From Moniliella sp. 'wahieum' (taxonomy: Eukaryota): a DNA stretch of 64,000 nt. Positions 40,415 to 51,003 of the stretch are shown here, in pieces. The position numbers and the translations under genes are program-made. The stretch lies in NCBI GenBank assembly GCA_003971905.1, contig RSEE01000021.1, forward strand, positions 620,001-684,000, given 5' to 3'. Below the pieces are notes generated by a model. That model searched no databases and was not told where the DNA came from. It saw only the letters and a list, made by a program, of their open reading frames with translations. How positions within the stretch are numbered: the first letter of the stretch is position 1; each line of letters starts with the position of its first letter.

Positions 40415-40539
40415 GTCCACCTCCTTTTGTCCACCTCCTTTTGTCCACCTCTTGTCCACCTCTTGTCCACCTCTTGTCCACCTCTTGTCCACCTCTTGCC
40501 CACCTCGTGCCCAGCTCCTGTCCACCTCTTCCCCACCTC
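40415..40539 (+). repeat. Minisatellite, 11-bp unit TTGTCCACCTC
   Basis: Five perfect copies at 40441-40495, flanked by degenerate and 14-bp variants. Related CTCCACCTCT tract at ~40130-40175. Confidence 0.9.
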
Positions 40540-40790
40540 GACTGTAGTCTGGAGTGGCTGGCGCGCCCTCCGGAGCATGGGGCCCTCAGGCCCTCGGAAG
40601 ACAAAAGCGTGTAACATGAACCAAAATAAAAAAAACAGAGTGCATTGTGCGTCCATGGGCACCTCTCGCCCATGTAATATGTACGTCCTTTGTTTGCCCC
40701 CATTCTCCCGGCCCTGGTGCATGGTGCACGACATGCGATAGCGATACGGCACCGGCAGACCAGGACTAGGGACCAGGACTAGGGACGAGG

Positions 40791-43700
40791 TTAGTACTGG
40801 TGCGCCAAGATGGTTCCTGGGGTACTGATTCCACCGGGCCGCAATCCCTGCGAGGACATCATCCACCCCAACACGGATAGGATCGAGTGTTTCTTGGTAC
40901 TGGCAATCGCGTCCGACATGGCCTGCGTGCGGCGCAAGACCTCCAACGCATCGTCCCAGTCCCACACTACCTCTTGATCTTCCTCTTGCGTTTTTGCTCT
41001 TTACCTGTACCTGAACCTGTACCTGAACCTGAACCTGAACCTGGAACCGTACCCCCCGGTGGGGAGCAATCGACAGACGACCATGTTGCCCTCCGCTCCG
41101 GGACCGGGGCCGCTGTCAACTGACTTTCCCCATCCGCATCTGGATCCGCATCCGCATCCGCATCCCGATCAGGGCGCAACGCGCTATCCCGTCCGCCTGC
41201 CGCACCTTCCGTCGCCCGCTCGATTGCGCGGATCAAATGCGCACTATCGACAAAGTCGACGGGATCCGTAGGTTGGCGTTCTTCCGTGACCAAGTTACCG
41301 CTAGGCGAGCGATGGGCAATCACACCTCCCACACCACTGCGTCGGCTCGAGGAGGTTCGGTCAGGTCGGTCGGTTCGGTCGGTTCGGTCGGTTCGGTCGG
41401 TACCGAGGTCCTCTGTCCCAGCCGGACCGGCTCGCTTTCTTCCCCTCCCACGCCGTGCGGGGGGGCGAAAAAGTACGCCCGGTTCGGTGAGGAAGAGCTA
41501 GACGATGGTTCGACTGCTTCCACGGCGGCTTTGAGCTGGTCGTGCGAAAGCGCGATGGTGGGATGCTTCGTCTGTAGCATCAGACCTAGTTGGGTATAGG
41601 TTGCGAGAGCAAAGATGGCCACTGATCTGTGCGTCCAAAGGGAAGAGGACAGGAGTGGGGGGTTAGTGAGTGTCTCTCCATCGTAATCCAAGACAAGAAC
41701 AGAAGGTGTAGCAATAAGACCTGAGGGCCTGAGGGGAGGGATGCGTGCTTACTTGAGCGGGTTGACTGCAGACCGAAGGAGGTGCGGGAGAATGATAGGC
41801 AAGTCACTAAAACTAAGATGATCTGTCCCGGCCAACGTGAGGATCCATCCTCGTCCCTCGGCCTCTTGTCGAGCTCCATGACAGATCCGTTTCAGCTTGT
41901 CAAACGATTCTTGCCAGACCGTGAACGTCTCCGAGTTCATGGCAAAGAGAGGACGGTCAATCGTGCCTTGCTCCGACATGGGTTCCGTCCATGGATCCAG
42001 CATTAGTCCCGACAAAAGGGGGTAGCGAGGTTACGCTGTGCCTCAGCGACAGTGCACCCGCCAAAGGAGTGGCCCACAAGGAAAATGTTATCAACGTCCA
42101 GCTGCCCTTGCCATTCCTTCAATTGCAAAGGGTTGCTAATGAGGCTTTCCTTTGGAGGCGTGGCGTGGCGGTTGCGCGCCAACTTGGATCCTAGCCCGCG
42201 CGTGCTCTCGAGGTACACATCGTACGCTTCCCCTTGGTTGATACGGTGCAGAATGTGTCGGCACTCTTCGATCTCATCGATGCGCATCTTAATTTGAGCC
42301 GCCGCAACCCAGCTTCTTCCTTGGTTGGGTCAGTAGGGAACGAACGAAGGTTGAACTTCTCAAATAGTAGTTGGGGTACTGCAGCGTTACGTGGATGCAG
42401 GTACCCCATCCTCTTGCGTTTGATGTACCCGCGCCCAAACCCCGACCCGTACTGCCGCGTATACCGAGTCCCTTTCTCCTTGTACGCTTGCACGTCCGAT
42501 AGGAACTTGGCTTGCTTCGCCCTCGCAGTTTCCTCTTGTCGCATACGCTGGTCTTGCTCGTCAGGGCTGGACTCGGGTAACTTGTCAAGCTGTTCCCCGG
42601 CCGGCCGAGACGGATCCACTTCATCTCCCACCCCACCAGTTGAGGTGGGAGAGCGAGAACGTCTTCCCCCGCCCCGGACAGGACCTTCGTCCGTCCGAAA
42701 TGCGCGCATGCCTGCCCGATGCCCTGGACGGTGGAGCGGACAGCTGTATGCAGCGCAGAACCATCACGATGTTCTAGCGCAGCAACAAGAACGCCATGCG
42801 AAGCGAGTGTACCGCAGTACTGCGAGTAACTCGTCCTCGACCCGGCTAGGCCATGGGAAAAGATCATCACGGGCAAGTGCTTGCCATTGTGCACACTGGC
42901 AAATACAGGATCGGGTTGTCCTTCAGGAACAGTGTACCATTCTCCCGATTCGTCAGTATGCGTACCAGGTTGCATCGGTGGTGAACGTTCTTGCTCGTCC
43001 CGCCGTAGCCAGCGCACAAACTTGCCTGAAAACGATGGACTGGCACGGTCAAAGTCAGGAGAATGGTCTTGTTGTTCTCGTTTCTTCGTTGGCGCTGGGT
43101 ACGCATCTGTTCCCCCTCGCCCATGGCACGCGGAACGCAATTGCCTCCATCCGTTCGTCCGAGGGCGAAGCCAGCGGCGCACCTACGTGCACAGGAAGCG
43201 TCGCATTCAACAAGGACACCACCGCAGGCGAAGCTAGCATCCCCACTGCCCCGTACTGCCCCAAGTAGCCCAGAAGACCTGCAAGGGATTTGCGCAGCGG
43301 CCGACTGACCCATGTGGCTGCGCTGTACGTGTCCTTGTGGTGCTTGTGCTGGGGAAGGCGGTGGAGGAACAAGGCACGTAGGACGAGGGGTAGTACAGAG
43401 TAAAAAGAACCGTTTCCAAGTGCAAGGTGGGTTTTGGAGTTGTAACTAACGATTCAAATCGCTGGGATCGTGATCGTCGTCGACGCAATACGAGTACTGC
43501 CGTTTCCTCCTGCGCGGGTCGTTCGGGCCGATCGGAGGGGTTGGCAGTACTGGGGTTAGTTTTTGGGTTTGGTTTTGGTTCGGGTGTCCTTGGCGCGCGC
43601 TGGGCGCACGTGTCGGGCGGCATCAGGGGGCACGGCGATGCGCATGACGCTTTTGGCATGGTGGTGACGCGTACGCGTACGGCTTGGAGGTCCCTCGGTG

Positions 43701-43939
43701 AAGGCCAGGCCGTGCATGTCGAGCCACAAGGAATAGGCCTTGCTTCTGCGGCGGACACCATCGCGCACGCGCCGCTGGAAGAGCCAGCGCTGGAGCGTGC
43801 TGCGCAGCGGATGACGGTACTTGCGGTTTGTTGAGCACCTCGGGCACATGTCGGTGCCGTAGGTGCGCGGGCGGCGGACAGGCACCTCGAGGTCGATGCA
43901 ACCGACTTGGAACGGACCCGAGTACGACGGCAGACGCAT
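40791..43939 (-). CDS. Platelet-activating factor acetylhydrolase family alpha/beta hydrolase
   Basis: [70 protein letters not shown], nucleophile motif [12 protein letters not shown], and [11 protein letters not shown]. Probable intron near 41660-41752. Confidence 0.93.
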
Positions 43940-45448
43940 CCGAGGGGGGCAGGATGCGATGCTGCGTGCTCAGCTACTGTGTTGAGCCGCAGGCGTCGAG
44001 CTGCGTCCAGGGGGGGGCACCTAGTGGGGCTGGGTGGCTGGGAGGGAGATGGGCTCGGACAGGCGAATGCTGAGTACGAGAACCGAGGGGCTGCGGGGGC
44101 GTCTCCGCGGCGGAGGCGGAGCGCCCGCGTGCCTGCGCACATACACATCGCACCCATGACCCATGACCATGACCAGCAAGCCTGCTGTTGGTCCTTGTCT
44201 TCTGCTCGCCGGATCGGCGCAGCGCACTGACGTCATGCCGGCCTTCATAACCTCACCGGTCACCAGTCACTAGTCAGTAGCCACTAGTCACGACTCGCCT
44301 GACGCTGGCCCGGCTGACCCGTTGCGCCGGTCACACTCCCATGTCACACCCACCATCACACATCACACATCACACCGCATCAACGCCATAACCTTTTCCA
44401 CGCCACATCACCTCCCCGCTGGGCTGCTCGCGCTCACGTACACACACACACAGCTTTCAGCCGCCCCGCCCTCCGCGGCCATTTGCCCTCCGCGCATCCG
44501 CAGCAGTCCCCACTTGAACATTGCACCGGCGGGGGTCCTGGTCACACGACGCGTCCCGCATCACGTGCGAGTGTCACGTGCCCTGGGACGAACTGGGTTC
44601 AAAGTGCACATTTCAATTCCACTCACGTGACTTTTTGCCTACTGGCAGCGCTGGCCCACGTGCCGAATCGAGAGGAGAGAATGCGCCATCGCTTTAATTC
44701 GGGCAGTCGAAACAGAAGTAGGACGCATTGCCTCCTGCTGCCTCGCCCCTCCGATCCAGATCAGCCGACATGGCATGGAGCTCACGCCAAGTCGCGCCAA
44801 GTGCTGTGCACCAACGCTCCACTCTGCCTTCTCACACACGGCCTTACCATCCATGCGCATATCAGGCAGCGCGTCTATATATATCTGGCGGCCGCCGTCG
44901 GGAGGATTCAAGATTCATCCCGTTCTTCTCACCCCGACGATCACAGCACACGTGCCTTATCATGCAGAAGCCAGCAGGGGTAGTGGCCGACTGCGCCTCA
45001 GCGCACAACACAGATCTTTTATGCTGCCGCCAAGTCGCCGCGTAGAACGAACAGGCAAAGCCGTGAGATGCCTCAGCCCCTCGACGCCCGACCGAGAGTG
45101 CTGGTGTGGGTGGGTCAAGTTATCAATCCCCCCTCCGCCCCAGGCCAAGGCCACCACACTTGACAGTTCCGCCGCATCGTCCATCCACGATAGGCTGACA
45201 AGACTGATATATATGCCACGTAAAAGGCGCGAAAGGACAGAGATAATAGTAGCACCTGCAAATGTGCCACTGAAAAACACGCAACTGCAGTCCTTTGCGC
45301 ACGCGCACCACAATCTCCCCCCCCCCCCCCTACCTACCACCATTGCCAGTCTCGCTTTGGAGAAGAAAGTAACAGCTGTCCGCGATGCATCCTCCTTTCT
45401 CTTCATCCCACCATTGCACCCACACCACACGACTTGGCAATCGTCACC

Positions 45449-46605
45449 ATGGCAGCCACCCCTACTAGGATGCCTGAATGCTGGGGCCATCGCGGTGTAC
45501 GTCTCTCCGTCTAATAACCCACCATGCATCATGCATACTGTGTGCTAGTGAAATGTCTTCTCGATGGGCAAAGGATGACACGCATGGCAGTCAGGAATCA
45601 GTACTCAGTGCTGACCCATTTTATTTTTCAGGCCTCGGCTGCGTTTCCTGAAAACACCATGGCCTCCTTCCAAATGGCTGCCAAGGACGGTGCGGATGCG
45701 ATTGAAACCGACATCCATGTCACAGAGACGACGTAATCGTGCTCTTCCACGATTCGGTTCTCGGCAGGACGACCGATGGCAGCGGGAAGATTTCGGAGCA
45801 AAACTATATTGGGGGTATTGACCAGGTCCGGACACTGAAACAACCAGTACAGAAGATCCCGACGTTGGAAGAACTCTGCGACTTGCTCATGCAGCCCCAG
45901 TATCTTCACCTTAAGGCCAACATTGACGTGAAGCCTGACAACGACCCGTATCGTCTCTTCCGTCTGATGGACAAGGTGGTAAGGCGGTACAAGCAGTACG
46001 AGAGTCTGTTGGCACCGCGCTTGATCCTAGGTCTATGGCATCCCAAGTTTCTCGCTCCAGCTATGGCACTGGTCCCCTCTCTGCGCCGGATCCACATTGG
46101 AGGCTCCCCACGCCTGGCTAGACAGTACTTTTGGCATGCGTGTGATGGATTCAGCATGTACTTCCCCTCCCTTGTTTCGGCTGCTGGACAGGCATTCCTC
46201 AAGGATGCCAAGGCGGCGGGAAAGGACGTGATGGTCTGGACGGTCAATCGGCCAGACGAAATGGTAGAGGCGACGCGGTGGGGGGTCAGTGCAGTGCTCA
46301 CCGATCGCACAGACCTATTCAACCAGCTCAAGCAAGAGATGAACGAAGACTTTGCCAAGGCTACGAAAAAGTACGTTGGACCGGCATTTGCATGGACCAG
46401 GCGCGAGTACTACACACTCTTCCTCGCGCGCACCCAGGCGGTATGGCATGCCGAGACGGAAGACTTGGCCGGAGAGTCGTTTGCAGGATCCCAGTCGCCC
46501 ACGGTTAGTGATTCGGACGATACCGTGGTGGGCACACCAAGTGTCAAAGCTCTGGATACGGACACTGTGTGCAACCTATTGCCGGGTCTGTGGAGGTCTA
46601 AGTAA
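45449..46605 (+). CDS. PGC1: Glycerophosphodiester phosphodiesterase family (Pgc1-like phospholipase C)
   Basis: PECWGHRG|ASAAFPENTMASF (intron 45497-45631), GADAIETDIHVT, LFHDSVLGRTT, NIDVKPDNDP, RLILGLWHPKF, VMVWTVN, AVLTD. Confidence 0.88.
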
Positions 46606-47079
46606 GTACTCCCCAACTCGAGATGCTTTAAGATACGAGATGCCTGTATATCACCCTAATGAGAGAGCAGGTGGTAACAGGATATGCAGAACACGGGTAG
46701 AACAAGAGTAATGGGAAAGAGCGCACCCCTCTGGCCTGTTGGCGCAGCTGGACGGACCACTACTAGCATACCATGGGCGCACTTTGCGTTTCCAGCAACA
46801 ATAAGCGGCCCCGGAGGCCGACGAGGAAAGATTCATACTGGCGGTGCATAATATGTACTTCTGTCGTGACGCATGTTTTGTCCCATGGGCTCCGGAACGG
46901 GCGGAATGGAATGTGTGACATGTGACATGCCCGCCATGACATCACACGTGGCCAGGCTGTCCAGGCCCCATCGACCATGGATGCTGTTTCGAGCAGGCTG
47001 CGCGCAGGCGGCCTGCGCAGCCACCATCCACCGACCATCCCTCTCCCTCCACGCCCCCTTCTGCCCGGCCACGCGCGCC

Positions 47080-48190
47080 ATGGCCACCGTCCCAGGGAGC
47101 AACAACCCCTTTGCGCCATCCAACTACCAGCCCCCGCCGCATCCGCCCCCGCCTCTGGCCGGCCCCGTCCCCGGGCCCTTCGCCCCGCCCCCAGACCCCC
47201 CCCCTCCCTTCGTTTGCTCCTCCCCCCCACCCGCCGCCGGGCGTGTCTGCCCCGCCTGTCCCCCGCCCGCTCCCTCCACGCATAAACCCATTTGATACCT
47301 CCTCGCTCGCCTCCGCGCTTCCTTCCCCCGTGTCTGCCGCCCCAGCCCCCCGCCGCTCCCCCGCTGGTCCCCCCCCCCTCCTCACCCGTTTAGTTCGGCG
47401 CGCACCGGTCAGCACTCTCCCACGGGTCCACTGCTTCTTCCCACCTCTCCTCCCCCCCGCCTCTGTGCACAATGGCACCTCTGCAGTCTCCCCCTCGCCC
47501 GCTTTGCCTCCTCGGCCGTCGCCGCCGGATCTACCTCCGTCCCATCCGTCCCATCCGTCTCCTTCCTCGCCGCCTCGCAGCCCCGCTCACTCGACCACCG
47601 CATCGGTATCGGCTACCGCAGCTGGTGCATCTTCTCCCGCCCTTGGCTCCCCCTCGCACGCAGCAGGAAGCATGGACCTAGAGACAGATGCAGATGCAGA
47701 TGCGGGTGCGGCGGCGGAGGAAGAGCTACCACCGGCGTATGGCGGATGTGGTACGCACCCAGGCCCCACTTATGCCCCGCCGTCTGTCGGACATACGTTC
47801 TGGATCCAGTGCCGGGCAAGGCCGCGTACGTCCCGGTGTCAGCGGAGGCGACCGAACCGACGCACGACCTTCAGGACGGTACGCGCCGCCTCCAGGCCCA
47901 CCACCAGTCCCGCCGCGCACGTATACGTTTGGGGCTGGGCCACCGGGCGCTTACCCTTCTCGTCCCCCCAGAGCGCCAGGAGGCTACGCTCCTCCCGCCC
48001 CGGTGCCAGCAGGCGTGGTGCAGTTGCCCCCCTGGGCGTACCGCCATCGGGTGCGTTGGTGGTGAACCCTGGCGACCCACGGTTGGGCGGAAGACCCTGT
48101 CCGCTCTGCGGTGGATATGGCCAGCTGGACAATTTCCTCTTTGGTTCGGAAACTTGTCCGCGCTGCCAAGGCACGGGACGGGTGTACTAA
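47080..48190 (+). CDS. HUA1: Proline-rich protein with C-terminal DnaJ-type CxxCxGxG zinc finger (Hua1-like)
   Basis: C-terminus GALVVNPGDPRLGGRPCPLCGGYG..F..ETCPRCQGTGRVY*. NPF and PPAY motifs in the Pro-rich N-terminus. Confidence 0.85.
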
Positions 48191-48584
48191 GGTGCAATAT
48201 TAATACTGCAATGCTGTACGAGAGCAAGAGCAAGCGCGGTTGGGAGGAGAAAAGGAGGACTACAACAATATCCAGACGCTCATCGTTAATCAAGTGAGAT
48301 GGATTGGCAACGGACGTATTGTATTGCATTGTGTTGTGTTCGATGAATTCAATGTGCAACGGATGTACTGTGTTCGGTGTTCAGTTCAGCGTAACGAGAC
48401 GCAGAGACAGAGAGCTGAGAGCTGAGAGCTGAGACGAGCCAGGTTGGGTTGGTAGAAGAAGTATAAGTCGTGTGAATCGGGACGGGGGGCGCGACGAAAC
48501 AAAAGGACGACAACACGGGAGGGGGAGGAAGAAACCAGTTTGCAGTCCACCCTAGGCCTAGGCCGTATGGTCGTATGCTCCGTC

Positions 48585-49493
48585 TTACTTGTGTCCGACC
48601 TGAACGACACGGAACACACCATCCTGAGTGCGCACCTGGACCATCGTCGGCGAGTGGGCATACTTGAGCGCCAACGCCAGCGCGCCGGGGGGGAAGTTAT
48701 CGGCCGCCCAGACGGTTTGAAACAGCGGGTTGTCAGGTAAGATCCTGCGAATCTCACCGACAAGTTGCTTGAACGTGGACAAGAGGTCGTCTGCCTCGTC
48801 GCAGATCAGTACCTTCATATGGGAAGTGGAAAGATGGTCACGGTCCAATAAGTGGAAGATCCGACCGGGTGTGCCAACGACAATTTGTGGACGACGCGAA
48901 AGTGCTTCAATGTCGGCAGATGTGGATGGACCAGGAACACACGCGTACACCTTGGCTGTTGTCTCGCTGTCTGGCGCCGCATCTTCCCCACCAAGCACAC
49001 GGATAGCTTTAGCAATGCGTACCGCACGTTCCTTGCTAGCGGCCAAGATGAGGGCTTGGACATGAACGCGCAAAGGGTCTACCAGCTGCAACGCAGCAAG
49101 CGCATACGAAATGATCCGCCCAGCCTCTGTGGGGCCCTGGATGAGCACATCGCGTCCACGAACGATCGGGACGATAGCGACGGACTGCAGTGCGGTCGGC
49201 TTGAGGTACCCATTCTCCCGTAGCGCACCCACAAGTTCCGGCTTGAGTCCCATCTGGTCAAACGAGCTCACCTCGTGGTCGTAGTTGGGCTGGAACTTGG
49301 TCGGCGGCTTGCTCGGCGTCGCAGGACTGGCCTGTGGCCCGGGAAGTGGAACAGGCGCATCTTTATGCTCAACTTGAGCGGCGATGGGGCCGGGAGGTGG
49401 GATGGGAGAGGCAGTGTTGCTCTGCGTCGCACGGAGGGAAGCAACTTCCGCCTCGAGAGCGTTGATGCGCGCTTGAAGTTGTTCAGTGGCCAT
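48585..49493 (-). CDS. eIF4A-derived protein with only the N-terminal DEAD-box RecA domain and a degenerate Walker A (302 aa)
   Basis: Uninterrupted ORF: NYDHEVSSFDQMGLKPEL..GYLKPTALQSVAIVPIVRGRDVLIQ (Q-motif region), VQALILA, IVVGTPGRIFHLL, ICDEADDLL. It stops shortly after the first domain. Confidence 0.85.
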   Translation of the reverse strand: MATEQLQARINALEAEVASLRATQSNTASPIPPPGPIAAQVEHKDAPVPLPGPQASPATPSKPPTKFQPNYDHEVSSFDQMGLKPELVGALRENGYLKPTALQSVAIVPIVRGRDVLIQGPTEAGRIISYALAALQLVDPLRVHVQALILAASKERAVRIAKAIRVLGGEDAAPDSETTAKVYACVPGPSTSADIEALSRRPQIVVGTPGRIFHLLDRDHLSTSHMKVLICDEADDLLSTFKQLVGEIRRILPDNPLFQTVWAADNFPPGALALALKYAHSPTMVQVRTQDGVFRVVQVGHK

Positions 49494-51003
49494 GATGGAT
49501 TGGGGTGGGTGGGTTGGAGTACGAGTAGGAGGATTGCCAAGGGAAGGGGGGACGGGTAAGCAAGAGCGGCACGAAAGATTCCCCGCTGTGGAGGGATAAA
49601 AGGCAGATATATGGGTCATACTAACCCTAAGTATTATCGACTTGCCCAGCTCAGCGCAGAAAGCATCAGACGACCGAGGACCCGCATCGAGCATCGAGCG
49701 GTGCGCCCGAGCAGCAGGTGGGAGGCCACTGGGCGACGTCGATGTCGATGGCCAGCGCTGAGGCTCAGCGCCCACCGTCATCCCACCTGCCGCCCATCGA
49801 AGATCGAACAGCTAAGGCAGCAAGCAGCAAACCGTCTGCCTCGCCGACGGATCGAGAGCTGAGGAAAAAATGCAGCGTCACCATGTCACCCTTGATGGTC
49901 CGTGTGCATTGTATTTGCATTCGTGACTGTGTCCAGGCACAGGGCACAGGGCAAGTGTCTATGGTTTCCTTCCACTCAGCACCACCGGTTGATTTATTCT
50001 TCAGATCTCAGATGAGATCTGAGAGCTCACAATAAGCCCCCGGGTAGCTTGGGCATCCACCACGATACCCGCGCATGGGGGATCGGCGCCGAGTAGACTG
50101 GAGAAATCGGCCTTCGTTGCTACCCGAGTTGCACGCGGGAGAGGGATCCGGAGAGGGATCCACAAGCGTCACGCGTCACGGTAACTGTCTTTGAGCTCGA
50201 GCTCTTGAGGCAAAAAACTTTAGCCTTTAGCTCTGAGATCTATTAACTAAAACCATCTGCGCATCAACACCACCTCTCAGATCATCTCAGATCTGAGATC
50301 TCAGTCTCAGGCACTCACGCCTCAGGCCTGAGCCTCGCCTCAGGGATAACTAGTAACTCGATAACTCGTTCACGTTCAACGTTCAACACTTTTAGCGTTC
50401 GACGATCGACCCTCTTCAACCATCCCCAACAGGACGTGTAGGACGCTGCAAAAGCTTGATGCTTACTAGTTACTGCTCCCTCCCAAACGCTTCAAACGCT
50501 GTCATACCAACAGGGGGAAACCATCGAGAGAGCACTGAGTACTGACGCTCACAGAAACTGTCGTGGTTGATCACTCGATCACGGAATGATAGCGCTGTGA
50601 CATGTGACAGATCTGCATCATGTGATGGACAACGTTGAACGTTGAACGCGCTGAACGGCGGAGCCTTGATACAGTCAACTAGCATCGAAACTAGCTGTGG
50701 TCCAACCTGGTCCAACTTGCCAACACCCAGCCAGATCCGGGCGTATTACACCACCAACACTGCACTGAATACCTCAAACCTCAAAGCGCATTGCTACGTC
50801 TCCCGATCATATGTCCCAGGTCAATTTCTCGGTCAAAAATGATGTCTTCTTGGCCATGCCGTGAATGGCGAAAGGGGGGGAGACATATGGGACAAGTCAT
50901 ATGGACTGAAAAAAAGCTCCTTGGCAAAATGCAGAAGGAGGAAATGTGAACCGCATATGTGCGTACGTGGATGTGAACAGGACAATGAGAAAAAGTGGTA
51001 TAC

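Noticed and set aside
40415..40539. CRISPR-like array
   Set aside because: Contiguous 11-bp tandem units with no unique spacers, no cas genes, and a eukaryotic context.
41002..41402. (ACCTGA/T)n and (GTCGGTTCG)n repeats
   Set aside because: They encode low-complexity GS/GT and PTE linkers inside the PAF-acetylhydrolase C-terminal region, i.e. ordinary coding microsatellites.
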